Assembly (NCBI GenBank): GCA_023460035.1
Contig: JAEWRN010000043.1
Span: forward strand, 85,436-149,435
DNA: 64,000 nt
Source: Bacillota bacterium
GTDB lineage: Bacteria > Bacillota > Clostridia > Oscillospirales > Ruminococcaceae
Reading direction: 5' to 3'
Below, piece after piece: positions 38,502-47,356 of this stretch. The notes under the pieces are model-generated. The model was not told the origin of the DNA. It saw only the letters and a program-made list of their open reading frames with translations, and searched no databases. Position 1 is the first letter of the stretch; the number at the start of each line of letters is the position of its first letter. A program made the position numbers and the translations under genes.

Positions 38502-39584
38502 ATGTTAGATGACCCCAGCAAACAGACCCCGACGCTGTGCGGGGGAATGCCCTGCCCTGTGTTGCACTTTGACCAGAATTTCACGCTGCAAAGCGCCAAC
38601 GAGGCCGCCCGGCAGCAAGCCCCCGCGCTGTGTAAAAAGGGCTCGGTTCGCAGGTTGCTGCGCGCGCGGCCAGACCTCACCACACCATTGCACAATGGGC
38701 AGCCCGTAAGCGTTTCGCTGTTTCAGCTTGCGCCAAGCCAGCTGACCCTTTCACTGCTGCCCTGTGCTGAAGGCGGTTATTGGGGACTGCTGACCCCGCC
38801 ACCTGCCGAACAGGCGTTTTCTACCGAGTTTGCAGCCCAGCTGCGCGACCCGCTGACCGAGGCCTTTGCGCTGTTGCCGCTGCTGGCAAACCAGATGGAC
38901 CCCGCCAGCGATTATTCTGCACTGGACCGGCTGAACCTGTGCTGTTACCGCATGCTGCGCAGCACCCGCCTGCTTTCGCAGTTGTCGGTGTTGACTTCGC
39001 TTTCGGCCGTCAATGTGGCCAGCGACTTTGCCGCGGTGACCCGCGGCGTCTGCGTTGCGGTGCAAAACGTGCTGCTGCCCGGCCAGCCGCCGCTGGAATG
39101 TGACGTGCCGGACCTTGCGCTGCCGGTGGCGGCGGCACCGGACGCGCTTTCGACCATGGTGACTGCCCTGCTGGAAAACGCACTGCGCTTTTCACGCGAC
39201 GGCAACCTGATTCGGCTTTCGCTTCAAAACCTGCGGGGGCACGCGTTGCTGCGGGTAACCGACAGCGGCTGCGGCATACGGCCGGAGGTGTTGCCCCATA
39301 TTTTTGACCCGTTTTTTTCTGTCGACTGCTACGGCGACGGGGCGCCCGCCCCCGGCGCCGGGCTTGGGCTGACCTTTGTGCGCGTGCTTGCCGGCAAGCT
39401 GGGCGGCACCGTTTCGGCCGAAAGCCGTTTTGGCGAGGGCACACAAATTGCCGTCAGCCTGCCGTTATCGGCCGGGCACCCCGACCATACACAGGGCAGC
39501 AGAGCAGTGGATTACCTGACCAACCGCTACTCGGCGGTATCTGTGCAGCTGTGTGATTTCTGCCGCCTGCCGGACATCGGCTGA
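38502..39584 (+). CDS. Cytoplasmic histidine-kinase-like ATPase (HATPase_c) lacking the H-box histidine
   Basis: N box LLENALRF, G1 DSGCGI, F box IFDPFF and G2 GAGLGL are present. The H-box position reads AAQLRDPLT. No TM segments. Confidence 0.8.
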   Translation: MLDDPSKQTPTLCGGMPCPVLHFDQNFTLQSANEAARQQAPALCKKGSVRRLLRARPDLTTPLHNGQPVSVSLFQLAPSQLTLSLLPCAEGGYWGLLTPPPAEQAFSTEFAAQLRDPLTEAFALLPLLANQMDPASDYSALDRLNLCCYRMLRSTRLLSQLSVLTSLSAVNVASDFAAVTRGVCVAVQNVLLPGQPPLECDVPDLALPVAAAPDALSTMVTALLENALRFSRDGNLIRLSLQNLRGHALLRVTDSGCGIRPEVLPHIFDPFFSVDCYGDGAPAPGAGLGLTFVRVLAGKLGGTVSAESRFGEGTQIAVSLPLSAGHPDHTQGSRAVDYLTNRYSAVSVQLCDFCRLPDIG

Positions 39585-39601
39585 TGTTATGCCGTTATAA
39601 A

Positions 39602-39634
39602 AAAGCTCTGCCGAAACACTGCGGCAGAGCTTTT
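39602..39634. terminator. Bidirectional terminator
   Basis: AAAAGCTCTGCCG / CGGCAGAGCTTTT inverted repeat between convergent genes. Confidence 0.85.
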
Positions 39635-39650
39635 GTTGTATGAAATTACC

Positions 39651-40523
39651 TCAGCGCTCACGCCCCACAAAAAACAGCGCGATGGTGCCAGGGCCGGAAT
39701 GTGCGCCGATGACCGGGCCCACATAGTTGAGCAGCACCGTTTTGCAGCCGAAACGCTTTTTTACCATGTCGGCCACCCGCTCGGCATCCTCTAATGAATC
39801 GCCGTGGCTGATGTACACGGTCTGGCTGCGCGGGTCAATTGCAAGCTGCTCCATGTGGTCTACCAGTGCGCGCAGGCTGGCAAGCCGGCCCTTTGCCGTG
39901 CCCACTTTAACAAGGTGGCCCTCGTTGTCCATATGCATAACCGGCTTAATGCCCAGCATTGTGCCAACCAGCGCCACGGCGGGGCTGATGCGCCCGCCGC
40001 GCTTTAAGTGCCCAAGGTCATCCACGGTAAACCAGTGGCACAGGTGCAGCTTTGTCTGCTCGGCATAATCGCGCACCGCCTCAATGGTGAGGCCCTGCTT
40101 CTTTTTTTCTGCCGCCAGCGTCACCAGCAGCCCCTGCCCCAGCGAGGCCGACAGCGTATCCACCACATAAATCTTGCGCTGCGGGTAAGCGGGCTTTAAT
40201 TCTTTGGCCGCAAGCTGAGCGGCGTTGTAGGTATTCGACAAGCCGGAGGAAAACGCCAGCACCAGAATGTCATGCCCCGCATCCAGCTCGTCGCGCATGC
40301 CCTGCATCCAGCTGTCCATGTTCACCGCACTCGTCACGCTTTGTTCGCCGCCGCGCACCGCCGCATAAAATTCTTTAAACCCCAGTTCGCGCCCGTCCAG
40401 ATAATTGGCATACTCGTGCCCATTTACCTGAAAGGTCAGCGGCAGCACCGAAAGCTGCAATTCCTGCGCCAGATCAGCCGGCAGGTCACAAGAGGAATCG
40501 GTCATGATTACATAGTCTTGCAT
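39651..40523 (-). CDS. DegV-family fatty-acid-binding protein (FakB-like)
   Basis: TDSSCDL, FSSGLSNTY, DTLSASLGQG, LKRGGRI and IGAHSGPG motifs. Confidence 0.93.
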   Translation of the reverse strand: MQDYVIMTDSSCDLPADLAQELQLSVLPLTFQVNGHEYANYLDGRELGFKEFYAAVRGGEQSVTSAVNMDSWMQGMRDELDAGHDILVLAFSSGLSNTYNAAQLAAKELKPAYPQRKIYVVDTLSASLGQGLLVTLAAEKKKQGLTIEAVRDYAEQTKLHLCHWFTVDDLGHLKRGGRISPAVALVGTMLGIKPVMHMDNEGHLVKVGTAKGRLASLRALVDHMEQLAIDPRSQTVYISHGDSLEDAERVADMVKKRFGCKTVLLNYVGPVIGAHSGPGTIALFFVGRER

Positions 40524-40569
40524 CGCGTTCTCCTTTTGCCGCGGGCCCAGCATGATGGGCGGCGGGCGG

Positions 40570-41139
40570 TTAATTTTCTTTGTCTTTCTTTTCTTTGGGC
40601 TCTTTTGCCGCCTTTGCCGGGGCAGGCTTTTCTGCGGCCTGTGTGCGCTGCAGCATTTCAAGCAATTCCAGGGCAACCAGCCGGTCCACATAGCTTTGCA
40701 GCGCAAGGTCCAGCGCAAGGCGCGCAAGCTCTGGCTGGTTGCTTTCATCCGGCAGCTTTTGGGCCGCCTGCGCCAGGGCATCGCTTAACCTTGCAAGGTA
40801 CCGGGTATAAAATGCCTTGGTGTCGGCAATGTCCGGCTGCTGCTCTAACAGGCGGCTGGTGTCCCCTACCGACAGCACCTGCTTTAACTGGCAGATAGCC
40901 GTCAGTGCCGCAAGGTGCGGGCGCTGGTAGCGTTTGCCCTCCGGCCGGGGCAGCACGCCGCTTTTGATGTAATTGTTGATCATGGCGCCGGTCAGCTCGT
41001 CCGCACTTTCGCCCGGCATCTGCTGGCGCTGCATATAGGCGAGTACCTGGTCCTTATACAGTTCAATATCCGGCAGGCCCTCGTACGGGGCAGGGCGCCA
41101 TTCTGCAAGGCGGCGGCGCAGCTCTTCCATCTCATTCAT
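40570..41139 (-). CDS. DUF1836 domain protein (predicted DNA-binding)
   Basis: LPDIELYKDQV and LTGAMINNYIKSGVLPRP..KRY...HLA are the DUF1836 signature. Confidence 0.85.
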   Translation of the reverse strand: MNEMEELRRRLAEWRPAPYEGLPDIELYKDQVLAYMQRQQMPGESADELTGAMINNYIKSGVLPRPEGKRYQRPHLAALTAICQLKQVLSVGDTSRLLEQQPDIADTKAFYTRYLARLSDALAQAAQKLPDESNQPELARLALDLALQSYVDRLVALELLEMLQRTQAAEKPAPAKAAKEPKEKKDKEN

Positions 41140-41163
41140 CGCTCTTCCCCCACTTTCAGTTTT

Positions 41164-41192
41164 ATTGTATCAGCCCTGCAAAAAAATGTAAA
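41164..41192 (-). promoter_or_regulatory. Promoter of DUF1836-degV
   Basis: TTTACA-17 bp-TACAAT with TG extension, on the - strand. Confidence 0.6.
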
Positions 41193-41311
41193 TAGTTTAT
41201 AACATTTTATAATTTAATTTTTTAGATTATATTACGCCATATCAAATACCCAAACGTTCTGTGTCATACCTGTTGTCGCTGCTGCGCCACAAGCCCCCAT
41301 GACAGCAAAGC

Positions 41312-41341
41312 ACAGGGGAGGCAAACAGCTGCCTCCCCTGT
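41312..41341 (-). terminator. Hairpin after the SGNH genes
   Basis: ACAGGGGAGGCA / TGCCTCCCCTGT perfect 12-bp inverted repeat. Confidence 0.65.
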
Positions 41342-41355
41342 ACCTATTGTAAAAA

Positions 41356-42255
41356 CTATGCGCCGGGGTCAATGCCGCCGACATAGGGGTTTGCGGGGTC
41401 ATAGGCCGCGTGGGTGATCAGGTACTCCAGCCAGGCGATATACCCGTCTTTCGACAGGTGCAGCCCGTCGTTTGCGGCATACCCGTCTTGCAGCACCCCG
41501 TCTGGGCACAGGCTTTCGTTGAGGTTGAGGTAATAACAACCCTTTTGTGCCGCAAGCGATTGCAGGCGGGCGTTGACGCGGGTGATGCGCTCGGGCGAAA
41601 GGCCCGGTTTTTCCTGCGTTGCGGCCGCGGTGGGCAGCAAGATGGACTGCACATAAATTTTGGCGTTCGGCAGCTTTACCTGCAAATCGTCAATAAACTT
41701 GCCATAGTCCGACACCAGCGTGTCCTCTGCCGTCGTGCTTTGGTCCACCAGTTTGTTTGCGCCAAACATTAAGTAAATTTTTTGCGGCGCGGCGTCCACA
41801 ATCGTCTGCACGGGGTCGTAAGTGGTGCCGTCGCTGTTTGCCCACTGCACACCGTTGACCGGCGGGGTGACGCCAATGGCGGCGATGACATGCGTGTCGG
41901 GCAGGCTGGCGGCACCCTTGTAGTCCACCCAGCCGGTGGTGATGGAGTCGCCGACAAACGCGGCGTCGCTGAAATACGACAGCTCTACGCGGCCCTTTTC
42001 AGGCAGCGCTTCCCCCGCGGGGGCAGAACTGCCGGTACTGGTGCTGTCTGCCCCAGACTGGGAAACAGACGACGTAACCGGCAGCGAAGCGCCCTGTGAG
42101 GTATCGCCGCCCTTCACGACCTCAATAATTTTGGTGATAACCGCCGCAAGGCCCAGCAGCAGCAGGATGACAAGCACGACAAGGATAAAGCGCTGAAAAC
42201 CCTTGATGCGGCGCCTTTTGTTGCGATCTCCACGGTAATAACTTCTATAATCCAC
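41356..42255 (-). CDS. Membrane-anchored SGNH/GDSL hydrolase-fold protein (paralog 3)
   Basis: Basic N-terminus plus TM; FVGDSITTG, MFGAN and DGLH. GTG start after AAAGGGGA. Confidence 0.85.
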   Translation of the reverse strand: MDYRSYYRGDRNKRRRIKGFQRFILVVLVILLLLGLAAVITKIIEVVKGGDTSQGASLPVTSSVSQSGADSTSTGSSAPAGEALPEKGRVELSYFSDAAFVGDSITTGWVDYKGAASLPDTHVIAAIGVTPPVNGVQWANSDGTTYDPVQTIVDAAPQKIYLMFGANKLVDQSTTAEDTLVSDYGKFIDDLQVKLPNAKIYVQSILLPTAAATQEKPGLSPERITRVNARLQSLAAQKGCYYLNLNESLCPDGVLQDGYAANDGLHLSKDGYIAWLEYLITHAAYDPANPYVGGIDPGA

Positions 42256-42335
42256 GGTTTTGTGTTCCCCTTTGGCTCGTTTGGGTGCCGGCACAGGCTG
42301 CCGACTGTTTTATTATACCACGCCGGGCGGGCCGG

Positions 42336-43301
42336 TCAATAATGGGTCGGTGCTTCGGTATAGGTATTTTGCGGGCTGTACGCGGTGTGGGTGACAAGGT
42401 ATTCCAGCCAGCCGCGGTAGCCGTCGGTATTGATGTGCACGCCGTCACCCGCGTCGATGTCCCAGTTCAGCACACCGCGCTGGCACAGGTATTCTTCAAC
42501 GTCAAGGTAATAGCAGTCTTTTTGAAAGGCCAGTGCCGCAAGCCGGTCGTTTACCCTGTTGATGCGGTCCGGCGCAAGGCCGGGCTTTGACGCCGTGCCC
42601 TCTGCCGTGGGCAGCAGCACCGACTGCACATAAATTTGTACCCCCGGCAGGGCGGTCTTTAAATCGTCGATAAACGTACCGTAATCGGCCACCAGCTTGT
42701 CTTCAACCGTTTCGCTTTGCGACACCAGCATGTTGGTGCCCAGCATAATGTAGATTTTTTTCGGGGCGGCGGCCACAATGGTGGCCAGCGGGTCGTATAA
42801 ATCACTCGCTTTTTGGTTGCGTGCCCACAGCCCGCCGTTCACCGGTGGCGAAGCGCCTTTTTCGGCAACGACCTGCGCACCCGGCAACAGCCCGGCAGCA
42901 GTGCGAAACACATCCCACCCGGTGCTGATAGAATCGCCCACAAACAGCGCATCGTCAAAATACGAAAGGTCTACCCGCCCGTTTTCGGGCAGCGCATACA
43001 GCTTGCTTGCCGGTGTGACCGGGGCAAAGGTGTTGACAGTCTGGGGCGCGGCCGCCATCGTCTCCCAGCGGGTGCCCCCCTGCGCCGTTTGCGCCTGCTG
43101 CCCCGGCTGGCTGGCCGCCTCGCTGGCAGTACCCCCGGTGGCCGCACTGCTTTGCGGCAATGCGCGGCGGCCCATTGCATACCAGACTAAAAGGCCCAGC
43201 ACCGCCAGCACGGCGACAGTTACCAGCATTACCGGCAGCCACCGGCGTGGGCGGTGTTGCTGCTTTTGCCCGGCAGACCATGTTTTGCGCGGCTGTTCCA
43301 T
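42336..43301 (-). CDS. Membrane-anchored SGNH/GDSL hydrolase-fold protein (paralog 2)
   Basis: TM anchor; FVGDSISTG, MLGTN and DGVH. Confidence 0.87.
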   Translation of the reverse strand: MEQPRKTWSAGQKQQHRPRRWLPVMLVTVAVLAVLGLLVWYAMGRRALPQSSAATGGTASEAASQPGQQAQTAQGGTRWETMAAAPQTVNTFAPVTPASKLYALPENGRVDLSYFDDALFVGDSISTGWDVFRTAAGLLPGAQVVAEKGASPPVNGGLWARNQKASDLYDPLATIVAAAPKKIYIMLGTNMLVSQSETVEDKLVADYGTFIDDLKTALPGVQIYVQSVLLPTAEGTASKPGLAPDRINRVNDRLAALAFQKDCYYLDVEEYLCQRGVLNWDIDAGDGVHINTDGYRGWLEYLVTHTAYSPQNTYTEAPTHY

Positions 43302-43514
43302 TGGCAGCGCCCCCCTTCAATACCCTTATTGTACCACGCCGGGGCCTTGCTACCCGCTGTAAAATTTTGAAATTTCTGTAAAACTTGCTTTTACCCGGTT
43401 GCGCCGCCGCAACAATAATTTTGCAGGGCGGCAGCACCGCCGCCTGGCAGCTTAGTAAAGCAGTAAATAAAATACCGCCCGTTTGATTACAGGCGGTAGA
43501 AATCGCGTTGTTTT

Positions 43515-44531
43515 TTACGACGCTGCGGCCGGGGTTGCCGGGTAAGGCGAGCCGCCCACATAGGCAGCGGTGGGGTTATAGGCCGTGTGGGTGACCAGAT
43601 ATTCCAGCCACGCGCGGTAGCCCTCCGGGTTCAGGTGAATCCCGTCTGACGCGGCAATGTCCCAGTTCAGCACACCGTCATGGCACAGATATTCCTGCAC
43701 GTTGAGGTAGTGACAGCCCTTTTCAAAGGCCAGCGCCGCAAGGCGGTCATTCACGCGGTTGATGCGCTCGGCATTCAGGCCCGGCTTCGACGCCGTGCCC
43801 TCTGCCGTGGGGATCAAAATAGACTGAATGTAAATTTCACACCCTGGGATGCGCACGCCCAAATCGTCAATAAACGCGGCATAGTCGTTCACCAGTTTAT
43901 CTTCGGTCGCTTCGCTTTGGTTGACCAGCATATTGGTGCCAAACATCACATAGACCTTTTTGGGCACCGTGTCGGCGATGGCCTGCATGGGGTCGTAGAT
44001 CTGCGACGCATCGCGGTTGTGCACCCACTGCACGCCGCTCACCGGGGGCGAAGTGCTAATTTCAGCCACCACCCGCGCATTGGGCAGGCCGGTACTGGCG
44101 CTGTACACCGACCAGCCGGTCGTGATGGAATCGCCCACAAAGGTCACGTCGTCAAAATAGCTCAGCTCTACCCGGCCGTTTTCCGGCAGAGAAAGCATGC
44201 GGCGGTCGGTTGCGACAGGGTTAAAGGTGTTGATTGTCTTTTCAACCTGCACCCCGCGCCATACCTGTGTGGCGGCGGCCGGCGTTGCCGCGGGCAGGGC
44301 CGCAGAGGCATCTGCCTGCGTGTTTTCACCTGCGTCGGGCAGGCTGCTTTGCTGTGCGCCGCTTTGCCCGCCCAAAAACGGCAGCGGCAGCTTGTACCCC
44401 AGCGCGCTTGCCACAAACAGGCCAAGGCCGCACAGCAGCACGACCATCAGCACCACAAGGCCCACGTGCTGCACGGTGCGCAGGCGTTTTTTCTTTTTCG
44501 CTTCCGCCCTGAATTCGCGATATGTGGACAA
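43515..44531 (-). CDS. Membrane-anchored SGNH/GDSL hydrolase-fold protein (paralog 1)
   Basis: TM anchor; FVGDSITTG, MFGTN and DGIH. Confidence 0.87.
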   Translation of the reverse strand: MSTYREFRAEAKKKKRLRTVQHVGLVVLMVVLLCGLGLFVASALGYKLPLPFLGGQSGAQQSSLPDAGENTQADASAALPAATPAAATQVWRGVQVEKTINTFNPVATDRRMLSLPENGRVELSYFDDVTFVGDSITTGWSVYSASTGLPNARVVAEISTSPPVSGVQWVHNRDASQIYDPMQAIADTVPKKVYVMFGTNMLVNQSEATEDKLVNDYAAFIDDLGVRIPGCEIYIQSILIPTAEGTASKPGLNAERINRVNDRLAALAFEKGCHYLNVQEYLCHDGVLNWDIAASDGIHLNPEGYRAWLEYLVTHTAYNPTAAYVGGSPYPATPAAAS

Positions 44532-44650
44532 TCTATCATCTCCGTTGCTCCCCGCCAGGCACAGCCTTTGCGGGGGCAGTGTTTTCTGTTTCTATGATAC
44601 AGCAGATGCCCCAAAACCGCAACGGGGCAACGCGGTAAAGTGTGCACAAG

Positions 44651-45412
44651 TTAGCCGGTAATCGCGTCGCGCACGGCGGCAAAGGCGGGCATGGTGCCGT
44701 ACAAATGCTGCGCCACGACCTCCATCAGCAGATAATCTTCTTCTGAGTCGATGTCCAAAATTGCGGTGTCGAACATCTCGTAAATATCACATTTGCCGTC
44801 CCACAGAATGCCGGTTTTATTGTTTGCCAAAAAATCGCGCGCAAACACATAAATACTGGCGTTTAAATCGTACACCGCGGGGGCCTGCTGGCGGGCGGTA
44901 AACGGGCTTTCGATCACCTTTTCCACATGGTCGCCCACCGCTTTGACCATGTTAAAATACGGGTTGCGCCGTGCCGGGGCCGCACTGAACACAAGGTCAA
45001 GGTCTGCCCGCTGTTCTTTTTTGGCAAAGGCAGCAGCCACATCGCCGTCGCGCCGCAACGGGCTGGTGATGTCAAGGTCAATCAGCGTGTCGTACTCAGC
45101 GCCGGTGCGCTGCTCCATTGTGGCAAGGGTCTGCTGAAACACGGCCATTTTGGGCACGGTGTCCCCGCCCAGCTCTGCGGGGCGCTGCACAAGGTGCACG
45201 CCGGGGTGTTTTTCTGCCACCAGCGCCTGCAATTCGGGCGAGTCGGTGTTCAGCGCCACGTCCACCGCAAGGTCGGGCCGCTGTTTGGCAAACAGGTTGG
45301 CTGCCGCCAATGTATAATATACCAGCGGCTTGCCGCAAAACACTTTCAAATTTTTGTTTTTAAACCCTTTGCTGCCCGCACGGCCGCAAACGGTAATCAG
45401 CACCTTTTTCAT
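44651..45412 (-). CDS. neuA: CMP-nonulosonic acid synthetase (acylneuraminate cytidylyltransferase, LegF/PtmB-like)
   Basis: GRAGSKGFKNKN, TSPLR, RNPYFN, ARQQAP, LNASIY and DID motifs. Confidence 0.92.
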   Translation of the reverse strand: MKKVLITVCGRAGSKGFKNKNLKVFCGKPLVYYTLAAANLFAKQRPDLAVDVALNTDSPELQALVAEKHPGVHLVQRPAELGGDTVPKMAVFQQTLATMEQRTGAEYDTLIDLDITSPLRRDGDVAAAFAKKEQRADLDLVFSAAPARRNPYFNMVKAVGDHVEKVIESPFTARQQAPAVYDLNASIYVFARDFLANNKTGILWDGKCDIYEMFDTAILDIDSEEDYLLMEVVAQHLYGTMPAFAAVRDAITG

Positions 45413-45424
45413 GCTGTTTCCCCC

Positions 45425-46360
45425 TTAAAGCTGTATACTTTGGCCCAGCGTCAGTTGCAGTACCCGCAGCGCCATTTCGGGCGGGTTGGGGCTGGCAGGC
45501 GTTTTGCCCAGTGCATAATCCAAAAACGCATCCATTTCGCGCAAATAGCGCTTGTTCACTTCTTCTTCGCAGTGCAGCACAGCCCCGCCGGGCAGTGTCA
45601 GCGTGCCCGCGCCAAAGTCGGCCGTCACGGTGCCGTCCTTCAAAAAGAACTCGGCCGTGCGCCGGTAGGTGCGGCCAAAATAGTCCAAATGCAGTTCGGC
45701 CAGCATCGACGTATACCGCGCGATATAGACCGACAAATCGTCGCTGTCAAGCTCCAGCTCAGAATAGGTACCTTTTAAATTAAAGCTCTCCAGCGGGAAG
45801 CCGAACAAATCGACTAAATAATCCCACTCGTGGATGAGGTCGATGGTCACGCCGCCGCCCATCGCGCGGTGGGCGGAATATACGGTGCGGTAATCCACCC
45901 CGGCCCGCCAGTCTGGCAGATAGCTGGAGCACAGCACCCTTGCCGAGTACACCCGCTGGCCCGCCAGCGCGTCTTTTAGCGCAAGGTAGGTGGCGCAATA
46001 GCGCATGGGCGCCGCCACCTGTGCCTTTTTGCCGGCAAGGCCCGCGTCGGCCAGCGCATAGCTGCCGTCCTCAAAAATGGGTTTTTCAATAAACAGGCAG
46101 CCCGCGTGGGGGGCAAGGGCCTGAATGGCATTAAAATGCAGGTGGGTGGGGTTGGTGATAAACAGCAGGTCGTAAGGCTCTTCCCCCGCCACCTCGGTGA
46201 GCTGCCGGTGCAGCAGCGCGGCCGTGGCGGGCGGCAGCGCGCGCGCAGAAGAGCGCAACGCGTCCACCTCCAGCGGGATGCCGCGCTGCCCGCAGCAGGC
46301 ATACAGGTTTTTGAGATGCCTTGTGCCAATTGACCCAAGGCCCACAAACAGCACCCTCAT
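45425..46360 (-). CDS. Gfo/Idh/MocA-family oxidoreductase
   Basis: GLGSIG, NPTHLH, IEKP, SYLPDWR and GGGVTIDLIHEWDY motifs. Confidence 0.9.
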   Translation of the reverse strand: MRVLFVGLGSIGTRHLKNLYACCGQRGIPLEVDALRSSARALPPATAALLHRQLTEVAGEEPYDLLFITNPTHLHFNAIQALAPHAGCLFIEKPIFEDGSYALADAGLAGKKAQVAAPMRYCATYLALKDALAGQRVYSARVLCSSYLPDWRAGVDYRTVYSAHRAMGGGVTIDLIHEWDYLVDLFGFPLESFNLKGTYSELELDSDDLSVYIARYTSMLAELHLDYFGRTYRRTAEFFLKDGTVTADFGAGTLTLPGGAVLHCEEEVNKRYLREMDAFLDYALGKTPASPNPPEMALRVLQLTLGQSIQL

Positions 46361-47343
46361 TGGCCGGCGCTCCTCTCAATGCGGTCGATCAGCTGCAGGG
46401 TATCGCGGTCCTGTGCAAAGCCATAGCGCGCCGTTTTTTCGCCGCGCAGGCAGCATAAAAACTCCGCCAGCTCATCGACATACGCGTTTTCTACAATATT
46501 GTCGCTGTACCGCGCGTCCTGCTCCACCGTTTGGTAGGTTGTAACGGGGGCCAGCTCTTTGGTGGCGGCATCAAACTCAAACAGGCTGCGGGGGTTGCCC
46601 TCCCACAGCAGCTGCATGCCCTCGCCAAACGCTTCAAACCGGCGCACGGCGCGCGGACAGACAATGTCCACCGCCAGCTGGCCGCGGGTGCCGTTTGCGT
46701 GGGTCAGCGTCACAAGGTAGCGGTCCGGGTAGGGCAGGCCCAGCGTTGTCAGCGTGTCGGCCACCGCGTGCACCTCTCGCACCGGGCCAAACGCATCCAG
46801 CAGCCAGGGCAGCTCGATGCCAAAAATTTCGCGGCAGCCGCCCGTGCGGGCATCGCCGACAAAAAAGTTTTTATAGTTTTCCCACGGGTGCCAGTCCGGC
46901 AGGTACTGGCCAATGTGGTAAATATAGCTCACCGGGCGCGCAAACCCCTTGACGCGGGAGGCAATGTACTGCGTTTCGCCGCGGTACAGCATCGTGCTGG
47001 ACAAAAACAGCAACACGCCCTTTTCGTTTGCCTTGCGCAGGTTGTCGTCGTACCCGTCCTGCACTAAGTTCAGCTCGGTAAACACCGCAATGCCCGCATC
47101 CAGCAGGCTGCCAATCACCGCGGCATGCGACAATGGCGCCGTGCACACCAGTGCCGCGTCAAATTTGTTTGCGGCCACGGCGGCATCGATGCTGTCATAC
47201 GCGGTGATGCCAAGGCCCTGTGCCTCTTCGCGGCGCTGGGCGCTGAAATCCACCCCGCAAATCTCGGCGCCGGGGGCAACGCCCGCCAGCAGTCGCGCGC
47301 GGCGCTTGCCCATACTGCCAAGGCCCACGATTAAAAACTTCAT
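46357..47343 (-). CDS. Gfo/Idh/MocA-family oxidoreductase (divergent paralog)
   Basis: GLGSMG, TAPLSH, FTEL (non-canonical EKP), QYLPDWHPWE and GGCRE motifs. Confidence 0.85.
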   Translation of the reverse strand: MKFLIVGLGSMGKRRARLLAGVAPGAEICGVDFSAQRREEAQGLGITAYDSIDAAVAANKFDAALVCTAPLSHAAVIGSLLDAGIAVFTELNLVQDGYDDNLRKANEKGVLLFLSSTMLYRGETQYIASRVKGFARPVSYIYHIGQYLPDWHPWENYKNFFVGDARTGGCREIFGIELPWLLDAFGPVREVHAVADTLTTLGLPYPDRYLVTLTHANGTRGQLAVDIVCPRAVRRFEAFGEGMQLLWEGNPRSLFEFDAATKELAPVTTYQTVEQDARYSDNIVENAYVDELAEFLCCLRGEKTARYGFAQDRDTLQLIDRIERSAGQ

Positions 47344-47356
47344 TGCTCTGCCCTCT

